Positions 18,575-28,800 of a stretch of 64,000 nucleotides of DNA are shown one piece after another. This DNA comes from a virus. The notes below the pieces were generated by a model. The model did no database searches. It was not told where the DNA came from and saw only the letters and a list, made by a program, of their open reading frames with translations. The DNA lies in the IMG/VR virus record IMGVR_UViG_3300028829_005735, positions 8,241-72,240 of that record; one strand, given 5' to 3'. A program made the position numbers and the translations under genes. Every line of letters begins with the position of its first letter. The stretch's first letter is position 1.

Positions 18575-19087
18575 ATGTATCTAAATTCATTTTACGTGCA
18601 AAAGAGCAAACTCATGCTCTATCCATTATTAAAATTCGGTCACGATGCTATCAGACCAAAGCAAACTTACATTGCATATAAAGATGAGTTTTCGTCGAAA
18701 CATCCGAGCATTATATGTGCTTACGAAAGACAGAATGAGGAGAACTATTACGAGTTTCGTAATAAAATTGTATTCAATAACGAGTACTTTGTAAAACACA
18801 TACGAGGTCTTGAATTTGACTATGCCGTATTTGACCTGAAGGAATACGGAGTAGACTACTTACATTTCCTAGAGGGTTCTTATTCCAAATTCAGTCCCGA
18901 GACTAAGCAGATAATTTTGGACTCATATAGTAAGACCACTATCGGTCCTATACTTGTGGACACTCACTTAAACCCTGAGAAATATCACGAGTTATTTGCA
19001 AAGGAACTTAAGAGTGATGTTCAGACACTATCTGAAGTACACGAAACATTAAGTCCTCCGGATTTCGAAAAAGAAACATTAGCATAA
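18575..19087 (+). CDS. conserved crAss-like hypothetical protein
   Basis: YVQKSKLMLYPLL...FLEGSYSKFS...PPDFEKETL; last gene of the + strand module. Confidence 0.7.
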   Translation: MYLNSFYVQKSKLMLYPLLKFGHDAIRPKQTYIAYKDEFSSKHPSIICAYERQNEENYYEFRNKIVFNNEYFVKHIRGLEFDYAVFDLKEYGVDYLHFLEGSYSKFSPETKQIILDSYSKTTIGPILVDTHLNPEKYHELFAKELKSDVQTLSEVHETLSPPDFEKETLA

Positions 19088-19121
19088 AATACGGGAACCT
19101 TCGGGTTCCCTATTTTTTTTT
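19086..19121. terminator. bidirectional intrinsic terminator between convergent modules
   Basis: GGGAACC-TTCG-GGTTCCC stem flanked by AAAATA on the left and a T run on the right. Confidence 0.85.
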
Positions 19122-19130
19122 CTTCCGATT

Positions 19131-22100
19131 TTACCTCATACGTTTACCAGCTTCAAATCGTTCCTCGGCTCCTGTAGGGTTAAGCATCTTATTGTTGAAT
19201 CCATGGAATCTAAACATCCATCTAAAATAATTACCACCTATATCACCAAAGGGGCTTTCATATTTGTAATCAGGTTGTTCAAAGAAATATGGACCACCTA
19301 CTTGAGAAGGTGATGTTGGAGACTCACCCGACATCATATCTATAAGGCTGGTTCCGTAATCAAATACTTGACTTAAAGCAATACTTTGAGAAGTAGTTTG
19401 ACCAATAACATCTTTAACTCCTGACCAACTTCCTAGCCAATTAACAGAGTTATACTCATCGTTTAATTTAGCAGTAACCATACTTAAATGATTCAGCATA
19501 AATCCTTTAAAGTGAAAGTCATGATAATCTTGGTCTGCGTATAGCCCCAATCCTTCTTGTGTTTCTGGATCACCGTCTTGGTCGTAAGCACCAAACAGCC
19601 CTTCATCATACCATCCAGAACGATCGTGCATTGCCATAAAATCTGTCTTTTCTATCCCGTCATCGTCTGTAAAATGAGGAGTTAATAACCTCCACAAAGA
19701 CTTTAATAAGTATCCTATTAGAAGCTGAAAGGCTACATATCCCATCCCTTTTAATTCAGATTTACTTAGGTACATTAATGAGTTTTGTCCTTTAGCAGCA
19801 GATGCAAAAAAGTCACGTAATACCATAGCAGTACCAACCCAATGTCCCCACTCGGCTTCTCCTGTTGACCAATTCATACGTTTTCTCATAGAAGGTAACC
19901 AGCTATGTCTACTCATTCCTAATCCAAATGAAAACTGTTTCGAAGCAATTGGAATAACGTGCTTCTTTAGGAATAGTAATTGTTTTGCTATAACCCATCG
20001 TCCTACTAATGCCTGGTCTTTTTTGGCAAAGGCACCGTTCCACTTCATAATAACATTTTGCATATGTAATTTTTGCTCGGTAAACCCTTCACCCAAGGAC
20101 GGATTACCATCTTTGTCGTATGTAACGGCATAATTTTCTTCAACACCTTCTTTAGTTTGAATACGACCATCAACTAATTCAAATGCTTTAATGTATGGAA
20201 TCTCTTTAGTGTTACCTGCACTATCTGTAATTTTAACTTTCTTTTCATACATCATTCCACCAAAATTCTGAAGAGCTCCTTGCATTTCTAACCACTTCCT
20301 TACCTTTTGAGGATTTTTATTATCTAAAACATCTCCTATATAAGTACGAGATAGTTGATCACCCATTGTTTCCATTGCTCTACCAGAAATAGCATCGAAT
20401 AATGTGAATATTTGCTCATCCAAAGACTTATGACCTTTTCTACGGATATCACGGCTTACCTTGAATGCAGTTTGTGTTGCCCATTTTTCACCAAGTACAT
20501 AATTTTTATACGACATTTCTTGTCCAGCAAGAACATGAGTGAGAGATGTAATTTTCATTTGCCCAAAGTTGATAACACCTGACGATAAGTTCCAATTGAA
20601 ATTCATTTTAGAAGAACGTTTTACCATAGAGTCTAAAGCTCTATGCACCAAACGAGCTTGAGAACCAGTTCCTGTTAATGTGATACCGTCTAAGTCACGT
20701 TCTATTAAAGCTTCAAGAATTTTATCTCTTTTGCTTCTACCTTCTTTCCTTTTATGCTTTACATAACTCTCGTCTAAATTATCATAATTAGAATCTTGTT
20801 TACGATTGCTTTTTTGTTGAGTAATGAAGTTACGTTTATCAATTTCAACTTTTCCAACTTCATCCTGCATCATTCTAGCATAGCTGTTTGCTTCTTTCAA
20901 TCCTTTTTTATGGTTTAATGAAGCAATGTATTCAGGAATGGTTTTAAGAAAATCTGTAGATACGTCATCGATATGCATACGTTCTCCTCTTGCGTTTTCA
21001 GAAACACCAATTACTGGCATTTTAACACCAGTGTTTATTAATGAATAAGACTTAAGATGCTCCGAATCTTGTTTCAATTCATCTCTAGTTTCATCATTTC
21101 CTTTGTAATCAAACACATCATCTTCGGCTCCCATGAATGCTTCACGAGTACGTCTTGTAAACTTCATTACGTTTCCTGTAACAACATTTTCAAGCCTAGT
21201 CTTTCTGGTTCTAGGAAAAGTCAACCACATCTTATCATTATTCTCACCAACTTCCTGACCTTTTATATATTCACGTTTTACATTTTCCATGAATTCAAAA
21301 GTCTTTGGGTCATTTTCTTTAAGTTGATAATACTTTTCATTTCTATAAGTATTACCCGGTTCTTCTTTAGGTAGCCACTTACCTCTATTATCTACTGTTT
21401 CACCAATTACTTTTTTGGTTTCATACTTTTCTTTTACAACACGAGTAAAAAATTCTGCTGAAGGAATTCTATATTGGTCATCAATTTTAATAAGATCTAA
21501 TTTTTTACGATTGCCATCCTTGTCTTTTGGAGACATTAATCGTTTAGTACGATAATCATATGGGTTTTTAGACATATTGACCAACCATAATTTTGTAGGA
21601 GTAAGTACCCCATCTTTCTCATAATGGTTTTGCTCAACAAACTTTTTAAAATTATCATCGGTTTTAACGGCCTCTTGACCTTGAGCACTCTGAACAAATG
21701 CAGTAAAATCATTATTGTATGCCTCCTCCATAGAGGTAAACTCATGCCCTTGGTTTTCAATAAATTCTTGAAATAAGGTTCTTAGTTTTGGAGTATTTAA
21801 TAATGTAATTATAGTATTCTTATAGTAATCCGTAGGAATATTATCTTGACTTAGGATAGCATCTATTTCCGACAATCTTGCTAGTGTAACCGAATTTAAT
21901 CCAAGACGTTCTGAAGTTTCTGTTTTTTCTTTAACCAGTTTGTTATACTCTTGTTCATTAGAATTGTCTTTCCATACTCCACCATCGTCATTATAAATTT
22001 GTCGTAGTTCGTCAAAACGAGCTTTGTTAGCTTTGCTAAGACCACTACGCGTGATCATGTCCTGACGTTTCTTTTCAACTTCAATATGAGCATCTAATAC

Positions 22101-24887
22101 AGCTTTTCTAGATTTGGCAGTTGCTTCATTACCATCTGGCTGATTACCATTATCTTTTACTTGATTTGACTGCTCGTTAATTAATGTTTGTTCCTGAGTG
22201 TCATCGAATATTTTTTTGTTTTCTTCATTAAGTAACTTAAGAAGTTCTTCCTTTTCGGCAATTAACTTTTCTCGTTGTGTATAAACAGAGTTTTTAAGAA
22301 CAGTTCTTGTATTACGATCCAACCACTCTGCCATTTTTTCATTATAAGCAGGCTCTCCCATCTTAGAACCATTAGCTATAACGTATTCACTATACTCATC
22401 GTAGGCATCTTGAAAAGCACCTGGTATTTCATCTTCTATAAAATATTCAGCCCGTGCTTGAGTATACTCTTGAAGTCGTTCTGCAACTGCCAAATCCATT
22501 CCTGTCTTTTTATTTCCGAATAAATCAGTAGTTGAACGAAGTTGCTTTAAGTCATGTTTAAGACCATCTATAATTTCATTATGCCTTCCGTCAGAATTAT
22601 CTTCTTGAAGCTTATTCATTTCATCAAATATAGCTTCTCTACGTTCACCAGCTTCATATCCTATATCATCCTTCATAAGAAGATCGTTGGCAGCATAATA
22701 ACCGGCATCGAAATCCTGATTCATATAGACATTTTTCCATTTCTGATAATCATGTTTAGCTTCTTTCCAGAGCTTTTTACTAGCATCTGTCCCATCGGCA
22801 TCAAATGCCTTTTTAGCTTCTTCGATTTTATGTTTATGAACCGTCTGGTCATATCTATAATTTTTCCAAGGATTAAGGAATACAATTTCTTCACGTTCTA
22901 CAATAGCTCCATTCTCAATAGTAGCTATCCTATCTCTAAAAGATTGCTTTAAACCTATACCTCCTCTTTTTTGACCAGAAAAAATATGTATGTTCGGACT
23001 AACGACCGTAATAAAATTAGCCATCCAGGACTGAGCATTTGTTTCGTACATGTTAGTCATCATCTGAATGTGCTTATAAACACTTTCGATAGCTGGATCG
23101 GTATTATTAGATAAAGATTCTAAAAATCCATTAGACCAATTGGCATCTTGTGCAGAGCCATCTAGTATAGCATCGGCTTTAGATTCGTCAAACTCCAATC
23201 CGGTTAACCATAGTTCGTGAAGCCTATTATAATCATCAGATTTAATTCCTTTAGCTTTAAGTTCTTTATATTGTTTGTATTCAGCCTCAGTCATTGAATG
23301 AAAACGCTTGTATGCGGCATCCCTAATCTTTTGAGGAGCCCCTTTCTTAGGACCATCCATTTCAGCATTAAATTTATCCAAAGCATCTTTTGCCATCGGA
23401 GCAGTTAACTCAACAAAAATATCACGAACGGATTCTTTTTGAATCCTAGCAATTTCATTTTGCATTTCTGTCAAGTTATTTTTTAAATCTTGAGATAATT
23501 TACTAACTGGATTTCTAATAGGTTCTCCTTGGGCATCTAACTTTAATTTACCATCTTCTATTACATAAGCCTCTTCCCTAGAGCCTATTCTATTGAAATC
23601 ATTAATTACCTCTTGATAATTAAGCATATGACGTTTAAAGTAAATAAGCCTATCAAGTTTTTCACGACTGTTTAATTTATCAATAGCTTTTACTTTTTTA
23701 TTTCCTTCTGTAAGAATATCATTTACTTTATATAAGGCATGCATCATGTTGCCCATTCGTTCATGGATCACATCATTCAACTCTGTAAAAGTACCGTCAT
23801 CTTTTTTTGAAAAGTATTCAATGATTTCATTTTTAGATAAGGATGGATTTTTTTCTTTAAGAGCTTCGATTTCTTGCATATACCGGAACTCCAATTCGTC
23901 TGCAAAAATACCATTCAAACTAAGCATTATATCTCCTGCCTTCTCACTATTTAGTATATCGGCTTTTTGTTCTGCTACAGCAGAGAATATTTTACCCATA
24001 GTACCAAACATAATACCCATCTCCTTTTTATTGTTAGGGGAAATAGTATCAAAACTTTCAATAAACTTTTCTTTATCTTTGAAATATTCAATTACATCTG
24101 AACTTGTAATCATTTCCTTTTGGAGTTCCAGAACATCCCCCTTTGCAACCATCTCTGCGAGTCCTTTAAGGGTAGTGTCAGCTTGTAGTTTTCCAACATT
24201 CACTTTTCTACCAAGTAGCTTCCTTAATATTTGCTTGATTTGGTACATTAATTTATCAAACCAATTTTTAAGTTTTGGAGATAACTCCTCCATTTCAACC
24301 AATCTTGTAAGAGCACGTACTAAAACTTCTTCTTGTATCGATTCTGGAGCATCTTGATACATTTCATTTACATCATCTATAATATCTTGAAAGCTTCCGT
24401 CAGCTAGTAACTCATTGTATAGTTTATCACGTATTTCTTTTGGTAAAGATTTTATTATAGGGTGTGAGAATTCATGTACTACAGATTCGGGAGTAAGTTT
24501 TCCTTCTATAAAATATACTATACCATCTGCAAAGAATGCATTTTCTCCTGAATATTTTTTTTGTTTATCGGCATGAATTTTTTCTGCAACTTCTTCAGTA
24601 ATTACTTGAGCTTCAACATTCATAGATTTTGATAATTGGAACAACCAATTTTCTGCAGTTCTGTTATCAAAACTTTTTGCTTCATCTTTAAACGTATCTC
24701 TTTGAGAATTAAATTCATAATACTTATCGTTTGTTTCGTCATTAATTAAATCTAATTTATAACGAATTGCTCTTGGAGAACGAAGTACTCCGTATTGCAA
24801 AAAGTCTCTGTTTATTTCGAATAAATTAATATCAAGATCTGTATAATCTTTTAATTCTTCTTGAGAAATATTTAAACAACTGCTCAT
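19131..24887 (-). CDS. giant virion cargo/ejection protein with N-terminal zincin-like domain
   Basis: 1918 aa, helical; HEFSH (24462-24476) followed by EEVLVRA; hydrophobic segment near the C-terminus; sits downstream of the vRNAP as in crAss-like phages. Confidence 0.75.
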   Translation of the reverse strand: MSSCLNISQEELKDYTDLDINLFEINRDFLQYGVLRSPRAIRYKLDLINDETNDKYYEFNSQRDTFKDEAKSFDNRTAENWLFQLSKSMNVEAQVITEEVAEKIHADKQKKYSGENAFFADGIVYFIEGKLTPESVVHEFSHPIIKSLPKEIRDKLYNELLADGSFQDIIDDVNEMYQDAPESIQEEVLVRALTRLVEMEELSPKLKNWFDKLMYQIKQILRKLLGRKVNVGKLQADTTLKGLAEMVAKGDVLELQKEMITSSDVIEYFKDKEKFIESFDTISPNNKKEMGIMFGTMGKIFSAVAEQKADILNSEKAGDIMLSLNGIFADELEFRYMQEIEALKEKNPSLSKNEIIEYFSKKDDGTFTELNDVIHERMGNMMHALYKVNDILTEGNKKVKAIDKLNSREKLDRLIYFKRHMLNYQEVINDFNRIGSREEAYVIEDGKLKLDAQGEPIRNPVSKLSQDLKNNLTEMQNEIARIQKESVRDIFVELTAPMAKDALDKFNAEMDGPKKGAPQKIRDAAYKRFHSMTEAEYKQYKELKAKGIKSDDYNRLHELWLTGLEFDESKADAILDGSAQDANWSNGFLESLSNNTDPAIESVYKHIQMMTNMYETNAQSWMANFITVVSPNIHIFSGQKRGGIGLKQSFRDRIATIENGAIVEREEIVFLNPWKNYRYDQTVHKHKIEEAKKAFDADGTDASKKLWKEAKHDYQKWKNVYMNQDFDAGYYAANDLLMKDDIGYEAGERREAIFDEMNKLQEDNSDGRHNEIIDGLKHDLKQLRSTTDLFGNKKTGMDLAVAERLQEYTQARAEYFIEDEIPGAFQDAYDEYSEYVIANGSKMGEPAYNEKMAEWLDRNTRTVLKNSVYTQREKLIAEKEELLKLLNEENKKIFDDTQEQTLINEQSNQVKDNGNQPDGNEATAKSRKAVLDAHIEVEKKRQDMITRSGLSKANKARFDELRQIYNDDGGVWKDNSNEQEYNKLVKEKTETSERLGLNSVTLARLSEIDAILSQDNIPTDYYKNTIITLLNTPKLRTLFQEFIENQGHEFTSMEEAYNNDFTAFVQSAQGQEAVKTDDNFKKFVEQNHYEKDGVLTPTKLWLVNMSKNPYDYRTKRLMSPKDKDGNRKKLDLIKIDDQYRIPSAEFFTRVVKEKYETKKVIGETVDNRGKWLPKEEPGNTYRNEKYYQLKENDPKTFEFMENVKREYIKGQEVGENNDKMWLTFPRTRKTRLENVVTGNVMKFTRRTREAFMGAEDDVFDYKGNDETRDELKQDSEHLKSYSLINTGVKMPVIGVSENARGERMHIDDVSTDFLKTIPEYIASLNHKKGLKEANSYARMMQDEVGKVEIDKRNFITQQKSNRKQDSNYDNLDESYVKHKRKEGRSKRDKILEALIERDLDGITLTGTGSQARLVHRALDSMVKRSSKMNFNWNLSSGVINFGQMKITSLTHVLAGQEMSYKNYVLGEKWATQTAFKVSRDIRRKGHKSLDEQIFTLFDAISGRAMETMGDQLSRTYIGDVLDNKNPQKVRKWLEMQGALQNFGGMMYEKKVKITDSAGNTKEIPYIKAFELVDGRIQTKEGVEENYAVTYDKDGNPSLGEGFTEQKLHMQNVIMKWNGAFAKKDQALVGRWVIAKQLLFLKKHVIPIASKQFSFGLGMSRHSWLPSMRKRMNWSTGEAEWGHWVGTAMVLRDFFASAAKGQNSLMYLSKSELKGMGYVAFQLLIGYLLKSLWRLLTPHFTDDDGIEKTDFMAMHDRSGWYDEGLFGAYDQDGDPETQEGLGLYADQDYHDFHFKGFMLNHLSMVTAKLNDEYNSVNWLGSWSGVKDVIGQTTSQSIALSQVFDYGTSLIDMMSGESPTSPSQVGGPYFFEQPDYKYESPFGDIGGNYFRWMFRFHGFNNKMLNPTGAEERFEAGKRMR

Positions 24888-24889
24888 AT

Positions 24890-25861
24890 CTATTTACATT
24901 TATTTACTTGTTCATTCACATCACGATCGGAAACAAAAATATCAGTTTTTAATCCTTCACCATAAAGAAGTCCATTAAATATTTTTATTGCTCCATCTCT
25001 ATCTTTTTCAAGCATTTCATTCACTTGCTCCAGAGTATATGCATTTAATATTGTTTTAGCTTCTTCAGCATTATATTTTTCTTTTGTTTCTAAGGCTGTT
25101 TTAACTGGTTTCGTAGACGTTTGCTTAATTGCCGTCGGTCCTTTTGGCTTAAGCATTTCACCAGTACTTACTTCTGTTTCTACAAATTCCCGTTGATTAA
25201 ATTTAATCATTTGGAGCTCACCGTTAGAGTTGTACACTTCCATTCCTTTAAGTCCTTTCGATTGTACAAAATCGTAAAACTTTTTTTGATGTTTTAAATT
25301 ATCAAAGCTTGCAGAATTGATATTAAATTCATAGCCCGTCTCAAATTTGAATTCTTTAACCAAATTATTATATAAATTTGAGTCTTCTTTTTGGTTTACG
25401 AAACCTTCATTTGAAATTTGAACTTTTTTATTCTTATTAACCGATTCGGATTTGCTTTCGGTATAATGATTAACATCTTCATTATAGTGTCTAAATCCTA
25501 TATCCAAAACTCTATTTATAGGTTCTCTATTTAATACATCTTCAACTTGTTGTTCTTCTTTTTCAGTTTTGTCCTTATGTAGTTCATCTAATTTTTCAAA
25601 TAGTTCTTCTACAGGAACTGCACGAGTTACATTTTGAATCCTAGATGTAGCATAATTTTTATCAACAACTTTATGAGATGTTGTTTCAGCACGAAATAGC
25701 ATTCTGCCTCCTGTGTTTAATCCATATTTTACAACAGCCATTCCGGTAACAAGTCTATTACCTTTGTCGAAGGTTTCGTAATCTAAAATGATACGTGTTT
25801 CATCTATAATCTTCTCCCTTTTTAAATAGTCAAGGCTATTTTGTTTAGTATCACATCCCAT
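24890..25861 (-). CDS. hypothetical virion cargo protein
   Basis: 323 aa between two giant genes, 2-4 nt spacing; Cys only at positions 3 and 322. Confidence 0.65.
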   Translation of the reverse strand: MGCDTKQNSLDYLKREKIIDETRIILDYETFDKGNRLVTGMAVVKYGLNTGGRMLFRAETTSHKVVDKNYATSRIQNVTRAVPVEELFEKLDELHKDKTEKEEQQVEDVLNREPINRVLDIGFRHYNEDVNHYTESKSESVNKNKKVQISNEGFVNQKEDSNLYNNLVKEFKFETGYEFNINSASFDNLKHQKKFYDFVQSKGLKGMEVYNSNGELQMIKFNQREFVETEVSTGEMLKPKGPTAIKQTSTKPVKTALETKEKYNAEEAKTILNAYTLEQVNEMLEKDRDGAIKIFNGLLYGEGLKTDIFVSDRDVNEQVNKCK

Positions 25862-25865
25862 TTGA

Positions 25866-28800
25866 TTATGTTTTACAGGTTATTGGATCCTCACCAGTAT
25901 AATTATCTATTTCGATTTTCATTAAAGCATTAACACTTGCTCTTGCTTCAATAGCTATCTTGTCTTCCGTCATTAAATCTTTACCTTGGGCCCAATATAC
26001 ATCTTTATCATTATTATCTATATGGTCTTGTTCATGTAAGATTAAGAATATATCTGCACGTTCTGGAGTCGTAAGTAATTCTTTAATTTTAGACATTCCG
26101 TATCCTTGTTTTTCCATTTCCTTTAAGACTTCTTGCTTCTGTTGAGAAGTAGCTCCACCTTCTTTACCTTCCATGTAATCAAATAGCTCTTTTACATTCT
26201 TTACAGGATTAATTTTAATCGTAGTACCATTAGTACTTGCGAATCGTTTAGAACCATCTTTATTAGAAAGGCCGGTATCAATTTTGTATGAAGGTAATTC
26301 TATAGAAATATTTTCCATAGACGTAACTGGACCATTATATTCAGCTCTTGCCTCGAGTAATGCACGACCGAAGTTCTTTTCAAAAGCTGAACGACCTGTG
26401 CCTAAAGTCAATAAACTTTTTCCAGACTTTTCTAATTCCGATTTGAATTTTGGATTAGTTTCTGCAACCTGAATGAGAGTCTTTAATATAGTATCTATTT
26501 CGTTATACTTAGATTTATCAGCTCCTAATTTAATTCCTGATATTAAATTAACCCAGTCAGCTTCGGTATATTTAGTACCATTTTTTTCGATCTTTTCTTT
26601 TAATATTAATCGAGTATTTTTATCACTAAGTAGTGATTTTTTAGCTGCTAAATAATGAAAGATATTTGTATAAGGTTTTGTTCCTATTGATAGATTTACT
26701 TTTAAGTCTTTCATAGGTGTCGTAAACCTATCGTTTACATTTGCTTCACCACCGATAGTAGAATATAATCTTTCTGGTGTAACCTCATTAGCCTTAGAGT
26801 ATTGCATGTACACACCATTTTTCGTAACAATCTTATGCTCTTTTAAACCTTTCTCTTTTTTAAGGAACTTTCGAGTCATTGAATCAATTCCACTATTCAT
26901 ACCTACATTAAACACTTCGGCTCCTTGTTCGATAGCATCGTTGATGCTTGTTTTGTAAGATTCAAAAGTTCTTTCTAGAGTTTTTTGATATGCAGCTTCA
27001 TTATTTTTACCACCTGTAGCAAAATCATTCATAGTTTCACCTGTAACCCATACAGGTTCATCCTTACTATATTCCTCAGTAAGAGCGTTTGTGTAATTCG
27101 TATTTATAAAACTAAAGTATTTATTAATCTTGCTATACTCTTTATAATTTTTAACCGGGAAGTTTCCTACTTTATGGATAATCACTTTATCACTAGCGTT
27201 TGCCATCTCCATGTCCATCACTGGAATTTTACCAGGATATGAATTTAAACTTAACGGCCTCATGTCTAGTTCTCTAAATGTATTTCCAAAATAAGCATCG
27301 CTTTCAAATTGAGCTCCTCTATTTTTACTCATTAAAAATAGTTTGAAATGACTTGCCTCTCCTTTATAGAATTGTGTTTGAAAATCTTGTAATAAAGGAT
27401 AGCTTGATTCAGTATCATTTTCCAAAGCATTAAAATGAGAAAGAATATCATTCTTTATAGGGCTCACTATTTTATCTACATGGTTCTGATCAATCACTCC
27501 TGTCATTACATATTTCCCATAACTTTTAACTCCACTTTGCAGTACGGCAAATCTGTCAAACATTCTAAAGAATTCTTTTATTTCTGGTTGTGGATGTTCC
27601 TTGAGAATAGCTAAATTCTCTTCGTATATATCTTTATACCCTTCTTCTTTTTGATTTATTAAGTATAAGTTTTCTCTATGATACTTTGATGTGTCGGGAG
27701 TCAAATCGTTTACTAAAGTAAATTGCCCTGCCAATGTTGGGAATTTTTCCTTAAGCTCTTGTAATCTTTTAGAATAAGTATGATCACCCTCAAATAATTG
27801 TTCGGAATTTCCAGATTTAATTATAGCTTCTGCATCTGAATATTCATCTTTTAAATCTTTTGTTGGATCTAAGGCTACAGCTTTTTCTGCCATCTTGTAT
27901 GATAAAGTATCCTTAACCTTGTCTAAATCCAGATCCTTTTCAGCTATATATTTTTCAATATAGAATTTTTTAACCGAATTGCTATTCCCCAAAGGCCATC
28001 CTGCAACTCTACCTTCAACAAAAGGTTTACTAAAAAAGAACTTCCCATCTTCTACTCGGTATTCTTCATTTTCCCCAGGGTTCTCTAATTCAAAAATAGT
28101 ATACCCTCGATAAACATTATTTTCTATACGAGTACTTTCGTTTTGGTATAGATATGAAATGAATTCTTCTGAAAAATCTTTTTCGTTTTCTACCTTGGTT
28201 CTTCCTTTTTGAAACCTACCTTTAATACCTTCATTAGCAGTCTTGCTAATAACCTTATGTGTTTTTAAACTAAAGAATTGTCCCCATAGTTCAAGTTGTA
28301 ATTCATTAGTGTTAAACATTCCTATAGGACTATCCTTCAACATTCGGTCTTTAATGTTTTCGGGCAAAGCTTTATTTTCATGAAGAGTATCGAATTTTTC
28401 CTGCATATTACGTACTTCTGCAAGGCTAGCTGATGTAGCCGTATCAAACTTTGTAGCCATTGTTAAGTTTGTAATCTGCTTTGCTGTTTGCTCATAGGAT
28501 ACAAATTGAAGTAGTGCTTGGAGTTCCTGGTCTTTCTCGTGAGCATTTCTTTCTTTGCCCATATTTTTTATTAACTTCTCGATCGTACCGTTCTTTTTTA
28601 TCTCTAATGGATTACTGAAGTTTCTACTTTCTCCATATACTTGCTCGATGTTATTTAATTCTTCCTGTCCATTATTAACAAGCACTTCGTTTAATGCATC
28701 TATGTCATTATGGAACTGTATTAAATCAAAAGTTTCACTATTGGTTTGGTCTAGTTCACTAAGTCCATAGAATGCACTGTTCATCTTTCTTTTTGTTTGG

